Of a stretch of 32,000 nt of DNA, positions 1 to 9,276 are shown one piece after another. The notes beneath the pieces were generated by a model. That model saw only the letters and a list, made by a program, of their open reading frames with translations, was not told where the DNA came from and did no database searches. The stretch is taken from assembly GCF_000010625.1 (NCBI RefSeq), contig NC_010296.1:540001-572000 (forward strand), written 5' to 3'. Within the stretch, counting starts at the first letter, position 1. The number at the start of each line of letters is the position of its first letter. The DNA is from Microcystis aeruginosa NIES-843 (GTDB lineage: Bacteria > Cyanobacteriota > Cyanobacteriia > Cyanobacteriales > Microcystaceae). The translations under genes and the position numbers were made by a program.

Positions 1-637
1 AAACCGCTTTGTCCGCTTCATTTCCGTCCCCTACTTTCAGGAATAAAGGTACATCTCCATCCCCACTTACGATTAAGTCAATCATAAATTGTTTTAAGTC
101 AGGTCTTCGGTCGCGGGAGTATCCGTAGGTAATTTTTATTGGCTGTTGTCTGGTTTCAATTTCTTCTCCCACTGCTCCTGATTTCAGGATTTCTACTGTT
201 GGGTATTCCTTTTTATATTCTCCTTCTACTGATAGAGAAGTCGAATCTAAATGGGAGTTCTCGGTTGCTACACCAAATTTTTTCACGGCGGCTAAACTGA
301 TGAGTAGGAAAATGACCGAAACATTAAGTTGATAAAGTTTGTCCATTACTCGACCAATTTTATCATCATTCAAGTGCTTGGGTTCGATGCCCTCTCCCAG
401 CAGATGTTCGGTTGCTTTATCTTCAAAAAATTGAGGAAATAAATACAAGGCTCGGGAGACAAATCCCAATCCATTCAGGATAATTGCTTTCACTACTTGC
501 CCCGCTGTGACAATTTCTCCTCGCTCAATTGAGACTTGTTCGTTGATAATTTCAACGATTCCTATTTCATCGATAATTCCGGCTACTAATCCCAGATGGT
601 CTAGATTTTTGACTTCAATTTCTGTTGATTGATTCAT
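1..637 (-). CDS. IS1634-type (IS4-like) transposase, N-terminal part; the ORF runs off the window start
   Basis: Absent from the supplied ORF track because no stop lies inside the window. Manual minus-strand translation from the ATG at 637-635 gives 212 uninterrupted codons: MNQSTEIEVKNLDHLGLVAGIIDEIGIVEIINEQ...YGYSRDRRPDLKQFMIDLIVSGDGDVPLFLKVGDGNEADKAV. The NLDHLGL..IDE N-terminus and the YG.S.D.RPDLKQ motif are typical of IS1634-group transposases. Confidence 0.7.
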   Translation of the reverse strand, partial: MNQSTEIEVKNLDHLGLVAGIIDEIGIVEIINEQVSIERGEIVTAGQVVKAIILNGLGFVSRALYLFPQFFEDKATEHLLGEGIEPKHLNDDKIGRVMDKLYQLNVSVIFLLISLAAVKKFGVATENSHLDSTSLSVEGEYKKEYPTVEILKSGAVGEEIETRQQPIKITYGYSRDRRPDLKQFMIDLIVSGDGDVPLFLKVGDGNEADKAV

Positions 638-1122
638 GGTCGAACAGTCCACTCGCCTCAGTTTTCCAACAATTCCTATTTTTTCATAATTAGGGGTCTC
701 AAGACCCCCCTAGCGGCCACCGAGAAAACCTTCACCAGCTAGGTATTTTTACTCAAGTCTCTGGCGGGGGACAGCTTATGTGACAGTTGAGGGTGCGGAA
801 TGTGGGTTTTAATTCTCCATGTACGCAGTCTTTAAAAGCCTCTATTTCGTTCCAAGACACGATTAAGAGTGGCTTTTAGGCTAAGTATAATTACTTATCG
901 CGTAAGTGAGATGCTCCCTAGACAACCAGCTATTGTTCTGACTTTCCCAAAAACCAGAGACTTCCTCCCCCACCATTAAGATAGGCTAAGACGCATTTTA
1001 ACCGCCTATCCTTAAGATTGGCTAAATCTCCTCAAATCCCTTTACTGTTGCAAGAGTGCCTCATCTCAACAAGCAATTTAAATTCGCGGGCAGCTTAAGT
1101 AGGGAGGCACAATTATTTGTAG

Positions 1123-1139
1123 TGGACTGTTTCAGCTAA
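1123..1139. repeat. IS630 left terminal inverted repeat
   Basis: TGGACTGTTTCAGCTAA; its exact reverse complement is at 2352-2368. Confidence 0.85.
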
Positions 1140-1177
1140 AATAGGGCAATAGCTCGAACAAGCAGAGGACATCAATC

Positions 1178-2355
1178 ATGGGAAGAGGTCGGCGAGATAA
1201 AGTCAATCTAACAGGGGAACAAAGAGAAAACCTCGAACAAATCAGTCGTAATGGCTATGCACCAGCTAAAAAAATTCTCCACGCTCGGATTTTGCTGATG
1301 TGTGACGAGGGAGAACAGGCGAAAAGGAAATGGACAGATGAAGAAATAGGCGAAGCTTTAGAAGTTCATAGAAATACAGTGGGACGTATTCGTCAAAGAT
1401 TTCTTCAAAAAGGCGAAAAACCAGCATTAGAACGGAAATCGAGAAAAACTCCCCCCACTCCGGCAAAAGTTGATGGAGCCGCCGCCGCCCAAATCATTGC
1501 CCTGTGCTGTTCGGAGCCACCATCTGGCCGAGCCGAGTGGACAATCCGACTATTAACCTCGGAACTCAAACAAAGACAAATTATCACCGAGATTTCCAGT
1601 CCAACGGTGTGGCGTACTCTAAAAAAAACCAATTACGCCCTTGGAAAACCCAAAGATACTGTATTCCGGAACAGGATTTAGCCCGATTTGTTGCCCAGAT
1701 GGAAGTTGTCCTTGACCTGTATGGCACTCAGCCATCGGAAGAAGAACCGTTAATCGCGATGGATGAAGCATCAAAGCAACTACTTGGAGAAGTTTACCCT
1801 CCGATACCCATGCAACCTGGACAAGATAAAAAAGAAGACTATCACTATAGTCGTGAAGGGGTTCAAGCCTTGTTCATGTTTTTTGACCCCCATCGAGGAT
1901 GGAGACGGGTGAGTAACCGAGATAGTCGAACCCGAATAGATTGGGCAGAAGAAATTCGTCAATTATTGGATGTGGACTATCCAAAGGCTCGAAAAGTCAA
2001 GCTCGTCTGTGATAATCTCAACACTCATAACATAGCCTCGCTTTATGAAGCATTTCCAGCACCCGTTGCTCATCGTTTAGCTAGAAGACTGGAAATTTAT
2101 TACACACCTCGTAATGGTAGCTGGTTAAATGTAGCCGAAACTGAACTAAGCGTCTTATCGAGGCAATGTTTAGATAGAAGGATTTCTAGCAAGGAAGAAC
2201 TGAAAAGGGAGATAGAAACCTGGCAAAAAGAACGTAATCAGACTGCATCTACAGTAATATGGACGTTTACGACCAGCGATGCTAGGGTCAAGCTGAAACA
2301 TCTTTATCCTGTGTTTGAGGAGGAGGAATCGGGAGAATCTATTGCACCAAATTAG
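1178..2355 (+). CDS. IS630-family transposase, made from two overlapping frames by a -1 frameshift in an A8 run
   Basis: ORF 1178-1681 carries the HTH part (NGYAPAKKILHARILL...). ORF 1504-2355 carries the DDE part (...LVCDNLNTHN...YTPRNGSWLNVAETE). The frames meet at A8 (1621-1628). Slipping -1 after AAA AAA gives ...WRTLKK|NQLRPWKTQRYCIPE, the contiguous sequence expected for this family. Confidence 0.85.
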
Positions 2356-2368
2356 CTGAAACAGTCCA
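2352..2368. repeat. IS630 right terminal inverted repeat (overlaps the transposase stop codon)
   Basis: TTAGCTGAAACAGTCCA is the reverse complement of 1123-1139. The TAG stop at 2353-2355 lies inside it. Confidence 0.85.
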
Positions 2369-2852
2369 GTAGGATGGGTTAGCGGTAGCGTAACATAATC
2401 GGGCGTTGGGTTTCATGCTTCAACCCAACCTACGTTCATCTTATATTTAATTCCACCCACCCACTTAACTGCTAGATTAGCTGACCAATTTTGTTTAGCT
2501 GTTAATTTTTGTAAAAAAAACATCGTCTGTATCCTATTGTACAGCTAGACTAAAAATAGCTAGAAAAAGCAGTTAGATCGGCAAGAGGGAAAAGGTAAAA
2601 ACCCTGACTGGGAGATGAGGGGTAAATACGCAAATAAGCCTGAATTACCGTTCTAAGATTGGCTTTACCGACAGCGAGAGACCAGACTAATCAGGGAAAT
2701 ATCATCAAATAAACTAATCAATATAGCTTCTTAGGTGTCTGGGAGTGAAAAAAGACAGATAACGAAGTTTTTCTAGTTTCTATAACTGCACTAATCAGAG
2801 ACCTAGAACTTACCTCTAAACCGACAACTAAATTATCAGGAGAATTGGGGTT

Positions 2853-4532
2853 ATGCCGACTCTACACACGCTGACCAATGATAGTATCTCTTGTCCCCTG
2901 CCCGATCGCGTGGAGAACGTCAATTTCCACTACGAATTAGAAAATCAATTTCATCCCACCTACGGCCTCGAAAACCTAGGCATGAAAAATCTCGGTCGCG
3001 TTTATCGCAATCTTTCCGTACCGCAATTAGTCGAACAGGCGATCGAACGTCATGAGGGCGTTTTAGCCGATAATGGGGCTTTAGTGGTGGAAACGGGTAA
3101 ATATACCGGTCGTTCCCCCAAAGATAAATTCATTGTCAAAGAAGCCACTAGCGAAAAGGAAATCGACTGGAATCAGCATAATGCCCCGATTAGCGAGGAA
3201 AAATTCCAGCAGTTATACCGAAAAGTCCTCGCCTATGTGCAGGGAAAAGACCTATATATCTTCGATGGTTACGTCGGGTCCGATCCTAATTGTCGCTTTG
3301 GCGTGCGCGTTGTCACCGAAATCGCCTATCATAACCTCTTTGCCCATCAGTTATTCCTCCGGCCCAGTGCGGTCGAACTAGCTGCCCATCAAACTGATTT
3401 TACCGTGATTGCCCTGCCGGGGTTACAGGGAGATCCCGAAGATGACGACCTGAACAGCGAAGCCTTTATCGTCCTCAACCTAGCAAAAAAAATCGTTCTC
3501 ATCGGTGGCACTCGCTACGCTGGCGAAATCAAAAAATCCGTCTTCTCGATGATGAACTACCTGATGACCAAACAAGGGGTTTTACCGATGCACGGTGCCG
3601 CTAACATGGATAAACACGGTCATACGGCCCTCTTTTTCGGTCTCTCCGGTACGGGTAAAACCACCCTTTCCGCCGATCCTAAACGCAGCCTCATCGGTGA
3701 TGATGAACACGGTTGGTCAGAAGACGGCATTTTTAACTTTGAAGGCGGTTGTTATGCTAAAACCATCCGTTTAAGTGCCGAATACGAACCCCAAATCTGG
3801 GCAGCGATTCAATTTGGCACTATTCTCGAAAACGTGATCCTTTCCCCCGATAATCGCCTTCCCGACTACGATGATGGACGTTTGACCGAAAACACCCGCG
3901 CCGCCTATCCCCTGCGTTATATCCCTAATTGTGCCGTATCTGGCATGGGAACCCACCCGAAAACTATTATCTTCTTAACTGCCGATGCTTTTGGGGTACT
4001 GCCACCAATCGCCAAATTAACCACGAACCAAGCGATGTATCATTTCCTCTCCGGCTATACTAGCAAATTAGCGGGAACGGAACGGGGAATCACCGCCCCA
4101 CAGGTGACTTTTTCCAGTTGTTTCGGTCAATGTTTCTTCCCTCTGTCACCCCTCGTCTATGCCCAAATGTTAGGGGAACGTTTAGAACAACACCCCGAAA
4201 CCTCCGTTTATCTGATTAATACCGGTTGGTCCGGCGGTCCCTACGGAGTCGGCGATCGCATTTCGATCAAACACACCCGCGCTATGGTTTCCGCCGCTTT
4301 AAATGGCGATTTAGAGGAAGTCGTTTTCCATCCTCATCCCATCTTTCAAGTTCTCGTCCCCGAAATTGTCCCAGGAGTTCCCAAAAAAATCCTCGACCCG
4401 CGACAAGCATGGCAAGATGGCGAATCCTACGACCTACAGGCGCGAGAATTAGCCCATCGTTTCGTGGAAAATTTCCGTCAATTTACCACTGCCTCCCAAG
4501 AAATCATTGCAGCCGGTCCAATTTGGGAATAA
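2853..4532 (+). CDS. pckA: phosphoenolpyruvate carboxykinase (ATP)
   Basis: 559 aa with the kinase-1a loop GLSGTGKTTLS, IGDDEHGW, and an overall PckA-like sequence (TGRSPKDKFIV, NTGWSGGPYG). Confidence 0.93.
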   Translation: MPTLHTLTNDSISCPLPDRVENVNFHYELENQFHPTYGLENLGMKNLGRVYRNLSVPQLVEQAIERHEGVLADNGALVVETGKYTGRSPKDKFIVKEATSEKEIDWNQHNAPISEEKFQQLYRKVLAYVQGKDLYIFDGYVGSDPNCRFGVRVVTEIAYHNLFAHQLFLRPSAVELAAHQTDFTVIALPGLQGDPEDDDLNSEAFIVLNLAKKIVLIGGTRYAGEIKKSVFSMMNYLMTKQGVLPMHGAANMDKHGHTALFFGLSGTGKTTLSADPKRSLIGDDEHGWSEDGIFNFEGGCYAKTIRLSAEYEPQIWAAIQFGTILENVILSPDNRLPDYDDGRLTENTRAAYPLRYIPNCAVSGMGTHPKTIIFLTADAFGVLPPIAKLTTNQAMYHFLSGYTSKLAGTERGITAPQVTFSSCFGQCFFPLSPLVYAQMLGERLEQHPETSVYLINTGWSGGPYGVGDRISIKHTRAMVSAALNGDLEEVVFHPHPIFQVLVPEIVPGVPKKILDPRQAWQDGESYDLQARELAHRFVENFRQFTTASQEIIAAGPIWE

Positions 4533-4561
4533 CAGCATCAAGGAATCGGTTTTAACGAAGG

Positions 4562-4676
<115 letters not shown>

Positions 4677-4767
4677 TAAGCTAAACGGCGCTTAACCTGC
4701 ATGATCCAATAGCTATAACTCTTTTGGAGTCTATATCGGTGATCCGAAGTAAAAGCCGTTTAGCTTA
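4677..4767. repeat. 13-bp inverted repeat (TAAGCTAAACGGC / GCCGTTTAGCTTA) around a 65-nt spacer
   Basis: 4677-4689 is the exact reverse complement of 4755-4767. It sits between the AGGAGTC array and the ATTCAGT array. Confidence 0.7.
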
Positions 4768-5013
4768 TTCAGTATTCAGTATTCAGGAGTCAGTATTCAG
4801 TTATCAGCTTCTGAAGGCAAGAGGCAACAGGCAAGAGGCAAAAGACAGAATCTGACAATTCTCCTACCTAAAAAGAAGGTTAGAAACTAAGCACATCAAA
4901 GCTTTTAGCTTAACCAATTAGGTCTTAGATTCGGCCCTTGTTGTCAGATGTGAGTTTTCAGTTCACTGTTTACTGTTTACTGAAAAAAGGTTCCCCACTT
5001 CCCCACTTCCCCC
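4767..5013. repeat. patchwork of short tandem repeats between the convergent pckA and flavoprotein genes
   Basis: ATTCAGT-type heptamers at 4767-4806; GGCAAGA/GGCAACA at 4815-4843; TTTACTG-type at about 4954-4982; CCCCACTT x2 at 4993-5013. Confidence 0.7.
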
Positions 5014-5026
5014 TCTCCAGCGCTCT

Positions 5027-6250
5027 CTACACCCTTCTATTGCCCATAGCTTGTCCGGCGAGATAACCAGTGGTCCAAGCGCTTTGAAAATTAAATCCCC
5101 CCGTAACTGCATCGATATCTAGTACCTCCCCGGCAAAATATAACCCCGGACAGATTTTACTTTCCATAGTTTTAAAATCCACTTCCTGAAGATTCACTCC
5201 CCCAGCGGTGACAAATTCCTCCTTAAACACCCCTTTTCCTTTGATTTGATATTCCCCTTGCTGTAATTCAATCATCAATCGATTGAGAGTATTTTTAGAC
5301 AATTCGGCCCAGGGAGTTTCCGAGTTAACAGTCAAGTAACTTAATAAACTCTGCCAAATACGCTTAGGTAACTGCTCAAAGGGACAATAATTAAAAAGTT
5401 TTCTTTTGGGATATTCACTTTTAGTTTGTAAGATAATTTCTCGCAATTTTTCAGGATGATAATCCCCCAACCAATTAATGATTAAAGGCATTCGGTAATG
5501 ATGCTCGTGAAGTACCCGCGCTCCCCAAGCAGAGAGTTTTAGGATAGCAGGTCCACTGACTCCCCAATGGGTAATTAACAAAGGTCCGATTTGTTCTAAT
5601 TTACTTCCCCCAAGACGAACTCGCACTTTATCCACAGTAACCCCTAACAAATCTTTCAGACGAGGATCGGCAATTTGAAAGGTAAATAAAGAAGGGACAG
5701 GAGAGACTAGAGAATGACCTAAATCTTGAGCGGTGCGATAACCAAAAGGACTACTTCCCGTAGCAATTAAAAGCTTATCTGCCCTAATTTGCTCATCTCT
5801 TTTTAATTCAATTAAAAAACTTTCTTCCTGTTTTTTAACCGATTTAACTGGGGAATTTAGCCTTAAATTAACCCCAGCAAAAGTCGCACTTTCCCGCAGA
5901 CAATTAACAATAGTTTCAGAATTATCGGTGCTGGGAAACATTCGTCCATCCGCTTCTGTTTTGAGTTTTACCCCTCGCAATTCAAACCATTTAATAGTAT
6001 CTTGGGGTTGAAAGCGACTAAAAGCTCCCCGTAGTGCTTTGCCACCGCGAGGATAATAATTAACCAATTGGGAAACGTCAAAACAATGATGGGTGACATT
6101 ACAGCGTCCCCCTCCCGAAATCCGCACTTTCGCCAGAGGTTCTTTTGCCGCTTCTAGGATAGTAACGCCAGCTTTTGGGTTAGATTCTGCCGCTTTAATT
6201 GCGCCAAAAAATCCCGCTGCCCCGCCACCAATTACGACTATTTGAGTCAT
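5027..6250 (-). CDS. HI0933/BaiN-like NAD(P)/FAD-dependent flavoprotein oxidoreductase
   Basis: 407 aa with an N-terminal dinucleotide fold (VIGGGAAGFFGA), the GGGRCNVTH motif, and a C-terminal GEVLDIDAVTGGFNFQ typical of the HI0933 family. Confidence 0.85.
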   Translation of the reverse strand: MTQIVVIGGGAAGFFGAIKAAESNPKAGVTILEAAKEPLAKVRISGGGRCNVTHHCFDVSQLVNYYPRGGKALRGAFSRFQPQDTIKWFELRGVKLKTEADGRMFPSTDNSETIVNCLRESATFAGVNLRLNSPVKSVKKQEESFLIELKRDEQIRADKLLIATGSSPFGYRTAQDLGHSLVSPVPSLFTFQIADPRLKDLLGVTVDKVRVRLGGSKLEQIGPLLITHWGVSGPAILKLSAWGARVLHEHHYRMPLIINWLGDYHPEKLREIILQTKSEYPKRKLFNYCPFEQLPKRIWQSLLSYLTVNSETPWAELSKNTLNRLMIELQQGEYQIKGKGVFKEEFVTAGGVNLQEVDFKTMESKICPGLYFAGEVLDIDAVTGGFNFQSAWTTGYLAGQAMGNRRV

Positions 6251-6504
6251 ATAAGTAAGTGGTTATAATTAAATTGAAGATAGATTTTGTCTTTGATCCC
6301 CCCTGCCCCCCTTGATAAGGGGGGTGCCGATAGGCGGGGGGATATCCCTTGATAAGGGGGGTGTCGATCCCCCCTTAATCCCCCCTTGATAAGGGGGGTG
6401 CCGATAGGCGGGGGGATATCCCTTGATAAGGGGGGTGCCGATCCCCCCTTAATCCCCCCTTGATAAGGGGGGTGTCTGATAATTTTTAACGCCTACCTAC
6501 TTAT
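6251..6504. mobile_element. MITE-like hairpin-array element (copy A)
   Basis: Imperfect terminal inverted repeats: ATAAGTAAGTGG at 6251 and, at 6492-6504, the reverse complement of ATAAGTAGGTAGG. Five copies of the hairpin CCCCCCTTGATAAGGGGGG are spaced 37 bp apart (CTTGATAAGG at 6311, 6348, 6385, 6422, 6459), which is a 74-bp unit x2.5. A second, interrupted copy lies inverted at 25737-27308. Confidence 0.75.
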
Positions 6505-6521
6505 CAAGGAAAAAGTTAAGT

Positions 6522-7226
6522 TTAAACCGACAAAAATCGCTGAATGACTTCTTGACTTAATTCACTTGTGAAACCGGAAGCAACAATTCCCCCTTTTTGC
6601 ATGGCGTAATATCGATCAGCTTGGCGGACAAAATGCAGGTGTTGTTCTACTAATAAAACGGCGATTCCTTTGCTGGCAACAATGCGCCGTACCGCCGCTT
6701 CAATTTCGAGAATAATTGACGGTTGAATTCCTTCCGTGGGTTCATCTAAAATTAATAATTTTGGTTCCCCCACTAAGGCGCGAGCGATGGCTAATTGCTG
6801 TTGTTGTCCACCGCTTAAATCTCCTCCCATCCGCGATAACATGGTTTTTAAAACGGGAAACAAATCAAAGATTTCTTCGGGAATTGTGGCATTTTTTCTT
6901 TTTGTGGGTAAAGCTTCCAAACCGAGAATTAAATTCTCTTTTACCGTTAAACGGGGAATAATATCCCTACCCTGCGGCACATAACCCAGTCCTAATCTGG
7001 CTCTTTGATCTGAGGTTTTATTAATCAGGTTTTCTTGCTCATAATTAATTGTTCCCGCTCGCGGTTTTAAGATACCCATCAAGGTTTTTAATAGGGTAGT
7101 TTTACCCACGCCATTACGTCCAATTAAACAGACCATTTCTCCCGCATTAATGTTAAGGTCAACATCTCTTAAAATATGACTTTCTCCGTAGTAAACATTG
7201 AGATCAGATATGTGTAACATTGTCAA
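6522..7226 (-). CDS. urtE: urea ABC transporter ATP-binding protein UrtE
   Basis: 234 aa with Walker A GRNGVGKTT, signature LSGGQQQQ and Walker B LLILDEPT. It is the last gene of a five-gene urt-type cluster. Confidence 0.9.
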   Translation of the reverse strand: MTMLHISDLNVYYGESHILRDVDLNINAGEMVCLIGRNGVGKTTLLKTLMGILKPRAGTINYEQENLINKTSDQRARLGLGYVPQGRDIIPRLTVKENLILGLEALPTKRKNATIPEEIFDLFPVLKTMLSRMGGDLSGGQQQQLAIARALVGEPKLLILDEPTEGIQPSIILEIEAAVRRIVASKGIAVLLVEQHLHFVRQADRYYAMQKGGIVASGFTSELSQEVIQRFLSV

Positions 7227-7258
7227 CCCTTTTTAACTAATTTTAATCCTTTGACTTT

Positions 7259-8005
7259 TTATTCTTCCGAGGAACCTAGATAAACTTCAATAACTTTCGG
7301 ATCATTTTGAATTTGCTCCATATTCCCCTCACATAGAACAGTTCCTTGGTGTAAAACCGTGACTTTGCGGGCAATTTGCCGGACAAATTCCATATCGTGT
7401 TCAATGACAATAATTGAATGACTTTCCGCTAGATTTAACAACAAATTACCCACGTTTTCCGTTTCCTCATCGGTTAATCCTGCTACGGGTTCATCTACTA
7501 GCAGTAAATCTGGTGACTGGGCCACTAATTGGCCAATTTCTAAGCGTTGTTTTTCCCCGTGGGAAAGTAAAGAAGCGGGTAAATCAGCTTTAGCAGTTAA
7601 CCCGATAGTTTCCAATAAACCAATAACTTTTCTGCTATCTTCTAGGGGAGGACGACCGAAAAGAGTTGAGAAAACATTTTTATTGCGATTACTAACTAAA
7701 TCGAGATTTTCTCGGACAGTTAGATTTAAATATACCCTAGGAGTTTGAAATTTGCGACCAATACCCAAACGAGCGATCGCATATTCAGGAATTTTGCGGA
7801 GATCTCGACCTTTAAATAATACCCGTCCGATGGTGGGTTGCACTTTCCCCGTAATCACATCTAAAAAAGTGGTTTTTCCCGCACCATTGGGACCGATAAT
7901 CACCCGTAATTCTCCCGTATCCATACTGAAATTAAGATTATTGAGAGCTTTAAAACCCCCAAAACTAACGGTAAGATTCTCGATTTCTAAGATTTTTCCA
8001 GTCAT
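7259..8005 (-). CDS. urtD: urea ABC transporter ATP-binding protein UrtD
   Basis: 248 aa with Walker A GPNGAGKTT, LSHGEKQRLEI and LLLVDEP. Its position is between urtC and urtE. Confidence 0.9.
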   Translation of the reverse strand: MTGKILEIENLTVSFGGFKALNNLNFSMDTGELRVIIGPNGAGKTTFLDVITGKVQPTIGRVLFKGRDLRKIPEYAIARLGIGRKFQTPRVYLNLTVRENLDLVSNRNKNVFSTLFGRPPLEDSRKVIGLLETIGLTAKADLPASLLSHGEKQRLEIGQLVAQSPDLLLVDEPVAGLTDEETENVGNLLLNLAESHSIIVIEHDMEFVRQIARKVTVLHQGTVLCEGNMEQIQNDPKVIEVYLGSSEE

Positions 8006-8077
8006 AATTTCTAAGAGGGAATTGGGAAGTATTTTCAGTGAACAGTCAGCAGTAATCAGTGAACTGAAAACTCACAT

Positions 8078-8112
8078 CTGATAACTGATAACTGATAACT
8101 GATAACTGATAG
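8078..8112. repeat. tandem heptamer array (CTGATAA) x5, last copy imperfect
   Basis: Counted directly in the urtC-urtD spacer. Confidence 0.9.
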
Positions 8113-8118
8113 CTAAGG

Positions 8119-9273
8119 TCACTTATGCTCTAATTCTTCTTTTTCCAGTTGCACTTCCGGAGCTTCCTCAATACTAGGATAGGTAATTAAAGTTTTGCGG
8201 AAACCAAAATGAGTCAGCAAACGTTTAATCCCACCGAGAAGACCATCGGGAAGCACTGTCACCACAATTAGGAATAGGGCCCCTTGGAAAAATACCCAGA
8301 CTTCCGGAAATTGTTCGCTTAAAAAAGTTTGGGCTAGGCGTACTAATAAAGTACCGACAACTGCCCCCACAAGGGTAGCACGTCCCCCCACAGCCACCCA
8401 AATCACCATTTCAATGGAAAAAGCCACATCCATAGAGTTAGGAGTGATAATTCCCGTTTGCACGGTATAAAGGGCGCCGGCAACACCAGCAATCGCCCCA
8501 GAAATGGCAAAAACTAACACCTTAAACCAAGTAGGATCATAACCAGAAAAACGGACACGCACCTCATCATCGCGAATGGCGACTAACAAGCGCCCAAATC
8601 TGCCGGTAGTTAACCAACGACAGAGCAGATAAATAGCCAGTAAACAGACAATTGTGAGTAAATAAAAGGCCACTTGAACGGCATCGGAGCCTACCAGCAA
8701 CCCGAAAATTGTTTGGGTATCGGTTTTTAAGCCATTAGTGCCGTTAATTAACTTTTGTTGGCCGTTAAAAAAGTTAAAAAATACCAGTAAAGCCGCTTGG
8801 GTCAAAATCGAGAAATAAACCCCTTTAATGCGGTTGCGGAAGATTAAATAACCCAATAATCCCGCCACGATCGCTGGTACGATAATTAGGGCTAGAATTG
8901 TCAAAGGTAGGGAATAAAAAGGTTGCCAAATAAAAGGTAATTCTGTCACCCCGTAGAGAGTAAAAAATTCGGGCATTTGTCCGGGGGGTAACTGAAGATT
9001 TAGGTACATGGCCAAAGCGTAACCACCGAGGGCAAAAAAGATGCCATGACCAAGACTTAATAAACCCGTATAACCCCAGATTAAATCTATCCCCAAAGCG
9101 ACAATAGCCAGGGAAAGAAATCGCCCCAATAAACGCAAACGGAAAGCCGACAAAGCTAAGGGCAGTAACACCGCAAAGATGACCACTAAACCAACAATAA
9201 CAGCGATTTCCGTGATTAACTTTTTCTTTTCCCGTTGTCGGGATTCGTTTCTAGTGATGGTTTCGGTAATCAT
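8119..9273 (-). CDS. urtC: urea ABC transporter permease UrtC
   Basis: 384-aa polytopic LivM-like membrane protein, 3 bp downstream of urtB. Confidence 0.9.
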   Translation of the reverse strand: MITETITRNESRQREKKKLITEIAVIVGLVVIFAVLLPLALSAFRLRLLGRFLSLAIVALGIDLIWGYTGLLSLGHGIFFALGGYALAMYLNLQLPPGQMPEFFTLYGVTELPFIWQPFYSLPLTILALIIVPAIVAGLLGYLIFRNRIKGVYFSILTQAALLVFFNFFNGQQKLINGTNGLKTDTQTIFGLLVGSDAVQVAFYLLTIVCLLAIYLLCRWLTTGRFGRLLVAIRDDEVRVRFSGYDPTWFKVLVFAISGAIAGVAGALYTVQTGIITPNSMDVAFSIEMVIWVAVGGRATLVGAVVGTLLVRLAQTFLSEQFPEVWVFFQGALFLIVVTVLPDGLLGGIKRLLTHFGFRKTLITYPSIEEAPEVQLEKEELEHK

Positions 9274-9276
9274 AAT

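Larger units (their letters stand above)
1122..2369 (+). mobile_element. IS630-family insertion sequence (about 1.25 kb) flanked by TA
   Basis: Perfect 17-bp terminal inverted repeats TGGACTGTTTCAGCTAA at 1123-1139 and 2352-2368 (reverse complement). One extra base lies at each end, followed by TA (1120-1121 and 2370-2371), matching the TA target duplication of IS630/Tc1-mariner elements. The element encloses a two-frame IS630 transposase. Confidence 0.85.

Noticed and set aside
643-653. 11-nt match (AACAGTCCACT) between the leader of the IS1634-type transposase and the reverse complement of the IS630 left end (1121-1131)
   Set aside because: The match is short, chance is plausible given the number of comparisons, and no second IR or TA duplication supports a solo IS630 end.
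1504-1620. Independent start of the second IS630 ORF at 1504
   Set aside because: The first 39 codons of that frame are out-of-frame read-through of the HTH region. The frameshift fusion at 1621-1628 explains both ORFs.
2372-2450. Possible tRNA-like or MITE sequence (GGGTTAGCGGTAGCGTAAC..., hairpin GTTGGGTT-TCATGCTTC-AACCCAAC) right after the IS630 end
   Set aside because: It has no cloverleaf or anticodon structure. It is probably a dispersed cyanobacterial hairpin repeat, but I cannot define its ends or copy number from this window.
3133-4555. Alternative-frame and antisense ORFs inside pckA (3133-3381, 3771-3956, 4226-4555)
   Set aside because: They are embedded in a confidently identified gene and have Arg/Ser-rich, out-of-frame composition.
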